A stretch of 63,702 nt of DNA, filler included, from Klebsormidium nitens (Eukaryota > Plantae > Klebsormidiophyceae): assembly GCA_000708835.1 (NCBI GenBank). It is 5 parts of 5 records of this genome, joined end to end, with 100 filler letters (N's around TTAATTAATTAA, not from the genome) between each part and the next. Parts side by side here need not be neighbours in the genome. Positions count along the whole stretch, not along the records: positions 1 to 31,733 come from DF237753.1; 4 more parts are not named here. One strand, written 5' to 3'. Shown here piece after piece: positions 12,601-24,600 of this stretch. The position numbers and the translations under genes are program-made. The notes beneath the pieces were generated by a model. That model saw only the letters and a program-made list of their open reading frames with translations, did not search any database and had not been told where the DNA came from. The stretch's first letter is position 1; every line of letters starts with the position of its first letter.

Positions 12601-15600
12601 CGTATCCGTTGTGAGGGGGTCACTCCACATTTCAGAACGTTCATGTACCATCTAAATTTGTCAACGTTTTTGTACTTTCCAGTGTTTTCTGGCCTCTCAG
12701 ACTGTTTCCGTCAATTGCTACTCGGATCTTCAATCGGTGATTAACGAACTTCGAGAACGGTTGCAGGCCGGATCGCCGAAGGAGGCCGCGTCGCCCAAGG
12801 AGATGCCCGAGCTCTCCGCGCCCGCCCTCCCTGCGTTTCGGCCCGTTCTCTGCCGGGCCGCGCACGCCGCGCTCGACTCCGCCGCTCCCGTCAAACCCCT
12901 AACCTGTCTCGCGCTGCTGAGGCTCGCCCTGACGTGGATCAATTCGGCGACCGAGTTTCCGGGCGAAGGAAAGGGGTTGGAGGCGGAAAAGGAACCCGTG
13001 GAGCGGGAACGGAACGAGGGGGGAGTGGATGAAGTGGTGGCGGAAAGCATGCGGCTCGTGCGGAGGTTGACGCTGGACGACACCCACCTGCTGCCGACTT
13101 ATGTCCTTCTTGACGAGGTGGGTTCGCTTAGCGATTAACTCACTTGCTTATGGGTCACTACGAAAGCCAGCTTGAAACTAGATTCGCTGCTATACAAGTG
13201 GGGCGTAGAGACCTTATGGTGGAAGCGTTTGAGCTCGCGCAGTTTGACTACTTAAGTCATCTCAACTACAGAACCTGGACTTAGTGTATTTATAGCAAGT
13301 CTCACCAGCTCGCGCCGCCTTTTGGGAAGTTTTCAATCTTCATAAAGCATCACATCTCAAATACCTCAAAATCCTCGAAGTGGGCTGCGGTTACCAAAGC
13401 TCGGAAACGGCACACTCCAATGAGTTACCATCAACTCCGGAGAGATTGGGTCGAAATACGGATGATTTGGGCTCCCCGCAATGTGGGATTGCCTGGAGTT
13501 GACACCCATGTCCGACGCTAGTTTCATGACATCCGCCTCCTATATTTGAGCAGACACTGATCCTGGGCGACTCCATTCCCTCCGACGAGCCGCTGCTGTC
13601 GTTCCTATACGATATCCACAAGCGGCGCGATAAGGTCGTATACTACTTCACGCGAACCGATTGCCAGATCAGGAGCCCCACGTTTGCCACACTGCGGGCG
13701 CCCCCCTTCACACTGCAGGGGATCTTGGGGGAGCCGATCAAGGGCGCCGAGGTGGGCTAGCGAATGGTTACGGTCATGGTTAGGGCCTTGAGTTGCGAGA
13801 CAAACACAAGGTGTCAGTGGTTGAGAAGAGGCGAAGACTCGTTGGTAGCTTTGACCCGGAGTGGGTGGTTCCGAATTCTAGAACGACGACTGCGTGGGGT
13901 TGAGTACGATTGATCTGGTGCTGAGGTTGGAGATGAACGGGTTTCATTGATTGGAACGACATTGTGTGCTCTTGGTGGTACCGTTTTTGCATCTATTGGG
14001 CGTATTCAAGGCTGCGTGTGAGGTGAGCGTGACTGCGACTTCGCTATAATGATAAGAGGGGTTGTTCGGTCAACAGGAAGATTCTAGGCGTTTTCAACTA
14101 ACCTTCTCAGCTCAGACACTTCTTTGGTACACGGATGGTGAGAGAAAAGGAGTCAAAATTACCATGTGAATATGAATCTGAGTGAACCAGCTAAGGTCTG
14201 GATAAGGAGAGTCCCGAGCTTCAGAAGGAGTCCCGAAGAAGATTGTAGAAACGGCATATGCGCAATCGTCGGTTTTAAGAAGCAAAGTCGCACTGTCAAT
14301 GCTGACCTTTTTCCGTGGGGCCTTGTGCAGCTGGCGGCCGCGGTCCCGCCGCACAGCCGGGAGTGGGAGCGCGCCATGGCCTGCCTGAAACAGGGCCTCC
14401 GAAACAGCGTGTCCGCCGACTGGTGGCGCCGTGTGCTCGTCCTTTCTCCACAGTGAGACGCTCGCTTCCGCAGTTGTTTCTCATGGTGTAATATGTGTTT
14501 TGACGCTTTTCTGAAAAAGCAGATTTTTCTTGAAGTTTCATCTGATGACGGAATGCGTGACTTCAGTGATTATGAGTGCATCGAAATCACACGGAGAATC
14601 ACGAAGGGGTTTCCGGGCGCGAGGTCGCCCGCGAAGCTGCTAGCGCAAGTTGTTCCCAATAATAGAGGGGTTTCAGAACTCTTCCATCCACATCCACAGC
14701 CGGAAGTCACTGGCAACGGCGCTATTTCGTCTATTATGTCAACGAAGCTTTTATGATACGAAGTCTTCATTCACTTTTTCAAGTATCGTCTTACAACAGG
14801 GATCTTCACGGAGTCTTGTTCCTTTGGCATGTCCCTCCACTTGTGACCCTGACCATCTGACCGGAGTTGTGACCGGTTTGCCCAAGTGGACCGTCCGATA
14901 ACTCAAAAGCGTTGCCATCGGACGGCCCAAGTTTTGCAGACCAGACACGGTTCAGGCTGCCGAATTCATTTGAAAGCACTGTTTGCTTCAGAGACTCAGC
15001 CTGTATCCGGTTTGGTTTCCTCCCAGGTTCCAGCAGGGCCAAGTGAATCCCTCCGCCGAGTTCTCAGCGCCAATGCTGACGGAGGCCCTGGTTCTGCGTA
15101 CCTTGGAACTACTCCGCCCTTGTGAGTGTCAGCATAAATTAAGAAACCCTCATTCGACAACGTATGCTTCTAAAATTTTGCAACTTCTAGTGTCGACCTT
15201 TGCATCACAACCCAGTCAGGACCGCGCTTTGATTGCCGCCCAAAATTTTCATACCGCCCCGCTTCCCAGCTCTCTTCGCTCCTTTAGTAAAACTCCTCGT
15301 GCTTACTTACACCCTCATACCGGGCGACGGGCAAGAAATCTGAGGCCTTCTTCTGGCGTCGGCCCACGAGGAGTAGATTGAAATCCTGGAACCCTGTTTG
15401 TGGTTACTCATTTGTCACGCTCATCGCAGACCCCGATTCGCCCGGCGAGATTGCGGACTGTGCCAGCTGGCAGGAGTGGTGCCTCTTCGCAGACCTATTG
15501 TTCCAGATCGTACGCTCAGGGTGAGCCATCATCTCTCTGCTGACCTTTGAGTTGCCACGTGTTTCTTTGCGTCACCGTCTCTGCCCTGGTATCGAACACA

Positions 15601-18600
15601 AGTCATCGTCCCGGAGGGTTGACATCGCTACGTCTCTGCATTCGCACAGCGCTTTGCGAAAGTTTGAAATGCTTTTCAAAGCATGGATCTTCCTATTGAA
15701 GCCCATCCCCGTTGCTTATTCGCGGAGGTCGTTACATGCGTGGAGCCCCAAAAACTATTGAGGAGTCCCAATGCGCCCTCCGAATCTAAATTTACCTGAT
15801 GTGCCCGCTTTCCTATCCCGAACATTTCTGCGAACTTGCTGCAAACTATCAGACTTTGAGCGACACTCCGTCATCACATCTGCCCTTCCTCTTCGCAGCC
15901 ACGTCGACTTCCTCTCGTACCTCGAGCAACTCTCGCAGCAGGGGGGTCCCAAAGGCCCGCCGCGGAGCCCCCTGCTGGCGTGGCTCTTCTCACAGCTCGT
16001 CCGCTTGGAGGCGATCATCGACATCTTCAAGCGCGGGACTCAGGCGGAAAAGCAGCGGACGTTCGAATTGCTGGTCCACTTTGCGGAAACACCCCCGTCC
16101 GAACTGTCGCAGGCGCCCCACGTGGCAGTGCTCCTCGACTGGGCGCCTAGCTTCCTCGTCTCGCGCCTCAGCATGTCCCACAAGGTTAGGGTTCGCGTGT
16201 GGGTTGAATAACCTCTTGACAGAGTTGTGCATCATTGAGTGGTATGCCCCCATCCTCTGTAGCGAGGTCTTCTGCTTCCTTGTATTGCGCCTCAGCATGT
16301 CGCACACGGTTAGGAATTGTGTGTATCTAGGGTTTGAACTCACTCTTTCCAGTGGTTGAGTGTTCCCTTGTATTCCTTGCCTTGCGCCTCAGCAGGTCGT
16401 TAAGGCTAGGCTTTGCGTTTGTATCCGGTTTGGAGATTGACCTCTTTCCAGAAGTCGAGTGTTCCCTTTGATCCTTGCCTTGCGCTTCAACATGTTGTAC
16501 ATGATTGGAGTCTCGGAATATATAAGCTTAAGGAGACCGACCTTTTTCCAGAGGTAAAGTGTTCACAGACGAGGAACTCCTCTCCCTTGTACGGAGTGCT
16601 TCTGCTTCCTCGTCTCGCCTCGACATGTCACACAGAAGCAGATCCATTGGTGTGTATCAGCTTTGGACACTAACCTTTTGCTTTTCCTTTAGCACATGAA
16701 CATCGACGTTCCGTTTCCGGCCCTGGCCCCCGCTTGGCAAGCGGACCTGACCAAGCGGATCAAGGAAGGGGAGAGCTGGTGGCAGGCATTCGAGGCCGGC
16801 AAAGTGCCGCAGGACTCTGGCGCGCTGGATGACGTCACCACGGGGCGGCTGTGGTTCCTGAGCCACTCAAGGAGCCAGGAGTTCACCAAGGTCTGGTTCG
16901 GGATGCTGAGGTCACAGGCAAGTCGCATCGGTTCCTTGCTGACGTCACTGGCTGACGGAAGGAGGTTTTGAGGGGGTTGCAGACAGTGAAGGGGAGTCGG
17001 CTGCCGTTAGCAGCAGAGAATCCGATCCGAGAGATGGAAGCTCAACCAAGCACTCACTGTCTCATTACTTCGTTGTCACGCTCTGAGTCTGTTTATGCGG
17101 GCTTTCTTTCGAACTGTACCTCAACTTCACTCCCTTGAATCGTTCCTCCTCCTACATAAAAGTTGCGCTAGTCATCTGCTCGTTAACTTCTTTTTGAGCC
17201 GCTTTCCCGGCTTGAACAACCAAGTTTTGTTCCGTATCTTTTTATTCAACCGCTTTTGTGATCCCGGTGCAGGGCACATTTGAGTTACCGGGGACCGCGC
17301 CTGGGGAGGCCCCCCTGCCGGTCATCCGGGAGGTCAAGCCAATGCCCGTGGGCTTTCTCACGGGGATTGCGATCCAGTCGCTAAGCAGGTGAACAAGCCA
17401 CTTCCTGTGGCTGTTTCGCATTTGAGCTAAACAGTCTTCGCTCACACGTTTTTGACGGAGACGGGAACCCGTGTTTCGACCTGATTCTTGTGAGTCTCTG
17501 ATTGATCAGCTCGCCAATTGCGATCTAATCAGTAACTGTTGGTGACAAAAGAGGCTTGAAGCAGCACTGAGTGGGTCAGCAGCCAAACTCTCTAGAAAAA
17601 GCAATAGCATTCTTCAAGACGCACCTTTTTTACTCAATCGACCACAAGGGTATCATCGGTTCAACGGTCTTCTTCCGCATTCATGTAGCTCGTCTACCCC
17701 TGCTGAAAGTACAGAACACTCTTGAAGTTGCGTCCTTCGCCGGGTCATAATACTTGCTTTCCGGGCCTGCCAATTGGATACAAGTGCATCTCGCCCTTGC
17801 TGTTCTGTCAGGGCTATCATTCTTTGGTCGGCTTGGTTTCAGAGAGTTATACCATCTGCCAAGTCGTTTCTTGCACCCATTGCTAATCAATCTCCTCACT
17901 CGGCGTTTTCCCAAGGTCTCGCAACATTCGCCAATGGGCTATCCCTCCTACCCCTCTGCTGACGCAGGCTGACCAACATGGTTGAGGAGCTCGTCGCATT
18001 GGGCCAGCCTGCAGTCTCTGTTTTGCCTAACCATCTGCTGACCCTCTGCTGACCGTAGGCTAACCAACATGATTGAGGAGCTTGTCGCGATGGGCCAGCC
18101 CGCAGTCTCCGTCTCCATGCTGGAAACATACGTCCGGGTGCTGCTCGTCTCCCCGCAATCGCTCTACCGAAAGCTTTTTGAGGTCAGACGCTCTTTTCCG
18201 AGATCTCAAAGCCTGAATCTGTTTTGGAAGCTTCTCGAATGTGACATGCTCTTCTCCGACACCTAAGGTCTGCATCTGTAGTGAAAACTTTTCGAGGTCA
18301 CATGCCGAACCGTAAAGCCTGCAACTGCGCAGATATGCTCGGGGTCGGCCGCTGAAATTGTTATCAATTATTTCATAGATTTTTTTTCTTCCCAGTCGCT
18401 TCACCAGGGATTGTTCTGACGTCAGCAACTCAAGCTCAGGTTAAGTCTGGTCGCCTCGCATTTGCTGCTTGCTCATTGTTCGTGGTCAGATCCTCCACTG
18501 TTTGGACTCCGGGTCTCCATATCTTCTTATGGGAAAATTTACCTCTTGGAATCGCTGGACCTTTGACGAGTCGTGTCCTTCGAATGCGTAGAGAAATTTC

Positions 18601-21600
18601 TGCGAGTTGTTTCATCTCGCAGCTTCGACATCTTTTACCAAGCTTTCGCTTTTCCTGCAGAGCCTGTTGAACAAGTACAAGCCGGGGGATCCCCGAATGA
18701 CCGGGACCATGCTCACGCTCCTGGAGCTCCTCAATTACCGCCTCCTGCCCTTCTACCGGTCGGTGCCCCCGCCTCTTGCAAAGTGCTTCGCGTTGTTATC
18801 CCCTTCATGGGCGGTGTTCAGGAATGTGCTGGGGGTTCGATTTAAGTCGGGAGGCCAGAATTTCACCCGGTTAATGAGGGCGTCAGGATGGCTGCCTTGG
18901 TCATCGGTTGAATCTGAGGGTCTCCGTGTCTGGGTGGGGAAGTGCTGGAAATTCAGTGGGCTGCAAGGGTTGTCGAAAGCTCAGGAGACTAGAAGCATAA
19001 AATTGGAGCGGCCAATCGTTTGCAGTGTGAATCTAGAGGACGATTTGCGATACGTCTGCAGTGTCTTTCAGCTAAAGGCCTTCTCACAAGAGCCCTGGTT
19101 GCGCGATCATACGGTACAAATTCTTTGGCCAGCAGATACTCCAATGACCGTTGAAACCTATTTCCCGATCAGAAGCGCCAGTTTGGTTCTGGATACTACA
19201 TAACCAAGACCCCTTGAGAGCCGGAGATTCTAACAAGCGTACTGCGCAGGTACCACAACAAGCTGCGCGCCTTGTGGGGCGACCTGGAGCGCATCCTGGC
19301 GGCCCTGCTGACGCTGCCAGGTCAGCACCGGCTGTACCGCCTCACGGAGAACGTCAGCATGAGCGTCATCGGTAACATCCACCGGGACTTCACGGACATC
19401 AAGCGCGCGACCAAGGGCTTGCCAACGTCAGAAACGGTCAACCGGTTGATGGTGCTCAACATTGCCGTGGTGTCAAAAACGAGGTGGGTGGCGGCGCTAG
19501 CGCACGCTTGACACTGCTTCTTTTGAGTCCAGAGAGCGCGCCCACGTCGTTGATGGTGCTGAATATTGCGGTGGTGTCAAAGACGAGGTGGATGGTGCCA
19601 GTTGCGCGTTCTTGACGCTGTTTTCGCTTGAGTCCACAAGGGAACGTGTGTGCTCGAAGTGGCCACGGTTGCCGCTGTACGAAGCATGCGGCTTGCAGAA
19701 ACGCACTTCCTCCTTTAGCCAGCGATTGATTTTGCTTACTTTCTTGGGGTAGCTGATTACTGTTTGACCGTGCGAAATGCTGACGGCAACTGGCTCCTTG
19801 GAAACGGGTTGGCGCCTGGGGTTGCGTGGTTTGAGCGAATTCAAAGCTGAAGCGCAAAGAAAGCCGTCGACGTCGTGTTTCCGTACAGAGACTGCACTTC
19901 GGTGGCTCCTTTGAGACCACATCCTATGTGCCGAACCGAGCGCTCAAAAGTTTTATACAACCACGCGCTAAATTTTACCTTTGAAAGCCTGGGAAGCCCC
20001 AGGATATCGGATCGATTGTAAGTTCAAAAGCCGAAGCTCCCCATCTAACTGGAGTTGCGCTTGTCCAGGGGCCTGGCGAGCCCGCCCGACGTGGAGCACA
20101 TTCACACCGCGGTAAAGCACCTGCTGGCGCACTCTACGCATGCTTGGAGTGAAAAGACGCTCCGCCACTTCCCGGCGTCGCTGCGGGAGATGCTCAAAAC
20201 CAGGGAGGACGTTAGAGGGCGGGCCGTGCTGGCCGAGTGGCAAAAGGTGAGCGCTTAACTTTGGGTTGAGACGCCGTTAGGAAAACCAGGCGATTAGTCT
20301 TTAGCGCAACATAAGACAACATAAGATCTTTTGAAAGGCTTGTTCGACTCTGGGACCTCTTTACCAAGTGCTTTTCTTTTGATTGACCCGCTTTGACCCT
20401 GGACTTGTTTGGCGTACATTGTGCGAGCGCATATGTCCGATGACATCCTTCTTAGAACGTCATCATTGGGAAGGAACAGAGTTCTCAAGTGAGGGATTTA
20501 GGACGAGATGTCTCGCAGCCATAGACGTAAACACCCGCTGTGGTCCGAGCATCGGCTGGGAGTGGAGGTGCTTACGTGCTTTTGAACCCCATTCATCCTC
20601 GGCCAAGTCGATTCCACCTCTTTGCCTCCTTACTCAGTGCCTCGTCTATCGTCAGATGACACTTGTTGATCAGCTTCTTAAACCTATAAGACTTCAAGTA
20701 AGCTTCAGGTAAAGTAAGCCAAGCAGCCTGGGACGGGTGGGGTTAATTTGGGGGTGAGGGTGGGTTCGGGCGCGGAGCGGGTCATTTTGAGGGTTAGGTT
20801 TTTAGTGTTAGGCTGGGAGCTTACTTTACGTGGAGCTTACTTTACCTCAATTGAAGAGACATCTAAAACCTCGTCGTCTGTTCACAGCACGGCAAGGCAA
20901 TCATCACAACACACAGCCAGCTGGCAAAGCCTGCCGCCGACCCCGCCGCCGTCTCTGCATATCTGAAGAACGCCCCCCGCGAATTCCGGCGATGGGCGGC
21001 CACGGCGCTGTGGACCAATATGGAAGGTAAAGCGTCCCACGAGAATGTCCAAACTACTGAAGCACCCTTCTTTGGCCAAGACTCGTACATGTTTGGTACT
21101 TTCTGACCCACGTGTGCGGTCGAGGCTTTCCCATTGCTTCAGAAGATCGCCGCTGAGCGCTAATTTTGTTCGTTGACGCCAATCTCCAGGAGTCTGGGAA
21201 TGTGTTCAGGCAGTTTCGGGGAAGGGATTTTGAGAGTTTGTGTGACGCTTGTGGGCCATCTCAGATTTCGAGAGAAAGAGCGGCCTTGTTTTACAATCTA
21301 GAGCAAGGTGCACAAGCGAAGTGCTGAGGTCAACCTGAAACTACAACGGCGTTCCCTTGTTAATTACTTTGAAGCAGACGAGTTGGCGAAGACCCGCTTG
21401 CTAGATTCCGAAAGAGGGTTCTTTAGTTTCTTACCGCCAGACCTTGGTATGCTTGCTAATGAAATAACATTCTGACAAGGCTTTGCTTTCAGTAGGCGTC
21501 ATCTACTCAGTTTTTGCTGCCGGAATTTTTGCAGGCCGCCACGACAAGCCCAACCTGACCAACTTCGCCCGCGCCCTCAGGGACTTTACACCTGAGGTAA

Positions 21601-24600
21601 GAACGCTCTCGTAAGATCTTACTCGTGTTTCAATGTTTATCTTCTTCGGTCCGATTTTGCTTCTTCCCAAGGATGCTGTTTGTCTTCCAAACAAAGCCCT
21701 CTTTCTTTTCGTGATGGCTTTCAAGAGAGATAGTAGAAAGAGCTTTGTATAGCTTACCAAGAGAAAGAGATAGTAGAAAGAAGTTTGTGTAGCTTACAGA
21801 TATGTGCGAGAAGTCAGAAGACGTGATATCCCATACGCTATCCTGCAGGAGATCACGGGCAATGTATACGTCCTCGTCGACTTCATTCTGCACAGCTGCA
21901 CGAAAGGCGTCACCAAGGGAGAGCCAGAGGCAACGGTCCTAGCGAGGGTGAGCTTCGATTTCTCATTTGTCAGCACTTCCGATCTTTCTAATGCCTTCGG
22001 TAGACATATTCTGGGGGTGAAGAATACGGTAAAAACGACTTGGCTTGCGAAGATCGAATGATTTTTATGTTCTTCATAGAGTTTCGCTGTATGTATTCCG
22101 GTTCTTAGGTCACTACAAAGTTAACCAACCTGCTGAGTGCAATTCTGAATCCGGACGTTACAGGGCCCGCATTTTAGGCGACCCATATGTGCAGTTGGGC
22201 TCAGATTCCATTTCAATATACTTCACACATATTACTTTCATTGCGACCTTGCAACCTGACGACCTTACGATCACGCGGTTTGCCACTAACGGCATCCAAT
22301 TTGGGCTTTGCAATATTCCTCAATAGGCCATCGCGTGCTAAGGAGCTTTTCTTTTCGGACATTACCCTTTCCAACCAGCAAACCCCTTCAATAGTCCAAG
22401 CAAGCCCGAGTCGTGAACCGAGCACTCCTGCTCTCAGTCCCCCATCTGCCTTCTGTGTGGGGGAGCGTTTCACACCATCTTGCCACCACTGTTGCCCGGT
22501 TCGTGAAAGAAAGCGAGACCTTCAAGTGGGCTCAAGGCGCACATTTTATTGTTTCACCTCTGGTCAGTAGGGGCGCCGCCAACATGGGTTTTCTAGCTTT
22601 GGCTCGAACAACTCCTCTCGTATGACGTCAACCAGGTTCATCTTCGACTCCAACGCTTCCGTCCGTGTGGACTGGTACCAGATTCATTTGGATGGTTATC
22701 CTAAAACTTCAACCTCAAAACCGTTCCTTAACCCGCAGACTGCCGCCAACCTGGCGCACATTCTCTGGGTCGAGGAGCTCCTCCCTTATGACGTCACCCT
22801 GCTCGCGCTGGCGGACCGCGACGACCACCCGCAGGCCCTGTCGCTTTTGACCCTGCTCCTGGAGCGGCCTGAAATCAGTCAGCGCGTGCAGCGGTACTGC
22901 GCCCAACGGGGCCCCGCGGAACACTGGACGCGCGAAGAGGTGCCCGTGAGGGCGGACCTGCGCGCGGCGCTCGGGGCGCATTATGCAGGGAGTGACAGGT
23001 GGGTAACGCTTGGGTGGAATCTGTGCTGGGGGTAACGACGCCGGAAAGGGGGGGGGGATCACTCACCATTGTATCATTCACTGTACCTGAACATGTATGA
23101 ATAGAACTAACCTTTGGAATTTGCCGTGCACTGTAGACATGAGGTGAAATTGGCTGGTGGATGTTGTCCGTCATTTCTTCCTTCTTCTTGTCTCTTCTAC
23201 ATGCTGATTTCTACGGAAAGAGCTGGCCTCGTTTCATAAACCTCGGCAACATAGCAGCACCGCACTCCTGACATGGGACTGTTGGATGATGTTTCGCCCT
23301 CCCACTTTGGATCGTTCTCTATTCAGAGGCCTTTCCAAGGCTCAGGTTTTGTTTATCCTGGTCCGTTGCTTGTCCAGAGAGTCACTCATCGCTGCCGTGA
23401 CGGGAGGAAGATTCAAACGTTTGAAACGGGCGGGCTTCATGAACAGACCGACTCAACACTTACAGGCACCCCCCCCTGTTCGACGATCTGTGCCTGCGCG
23501 CCCTCCCGGTCCTCCCCGTCCTAGTTGGCCGCCTCGTGGAGCACGACCGGTTCGATGCTGCAACCAAGCTGCTGACGTCATACGGGCCCCTGCTGACGTA
23601 CCACCCCAGCAAACTGATGGTCGTGCGGGACCTGCTGGCGTATTACCATGGAATCATGCCGCCCAAGCTGGTGAGGGGGGGTCCTTTTGCCCGCGTTGGG
23701 GGGGGGGCGGGGGGGGGGGTGGGAAGGCGGGAAAATGCAATTTTGCTTTCTCCATCGGAACGATGTTGTGATTTAGCACGACGTTTGTTTTCAAGAGTGC
23801 AAGCACCTTTGTCTCCAAGACTGCGTGTGCACATCGGTGGAGAAGACTTTCATACGACTTCCATACGACTTCTTCTCCTTGCGTGAAGCTCCCCTTCTGA
23901 ACCGGCGTCCTAACCCTCGGTTATGCAGGTCAACACGCTGGTAACCCTGCTCGACGTCCAAAAGTACGGCTTCAGCGAGCCCTTCTCCAACTACCTCAAG
24001 CACCCAGAAAACGCGGAACCCCTTTTGGCCCCAAACTACTTCCTTAACCTCCTCACCAAAGTCGCCCACGTGTTACCCTCCATGGGCGAAACCCTCTACA
24101 GCCGCCAGAGCCTCAACCCCGCGAAAAGCGGGCCCCACATGCGGCGGGGGGGCAGTACCGGCGGCAGTTCGACCCCCTGGCGCCTGACGAGCGTGTTTGC
24201 GAAGCACCAGGATTGCGCCACGCAGGCGCAGGTATTGATGGCGACGGTTGAGGTGGAGTTGCTTGCGATTCCCTTTCCGGCGGAACGGACGGCGAGGGCG
24301 CTCGTGGGGGCGGCGCTGTGGCCGGAAAACGTGGGGCGTATGGAGCGGAACAACCGGACGGCCATGGCGTAAGCGGAACTCATTTCACCTCTACTTGGTC
24401 TGCTTGGACGGATCCTTTCCGTTTAGGCTTTGTGTGCGTCCTTTGCTTGTTCTTCGGCGAAAGCTGTCCTTTGATTGCTCCACGCTTGTTTGTTGACAAG
24501 GCTCATTCTTGAACCCCTGTCGACGGGTTCAAACGGCGCTCCGCAAGAAATGCTCATTCCTTTTATGCTTCGACCTTCGGAAAACCTTTTCTCCAGTACA

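Noticed and set aside
14542-14590. CTGATGA...GAAA hammerhead-like core
   Set aside because: Stem II does not form directly between the core boxes, and no convincing stems I/III are present.
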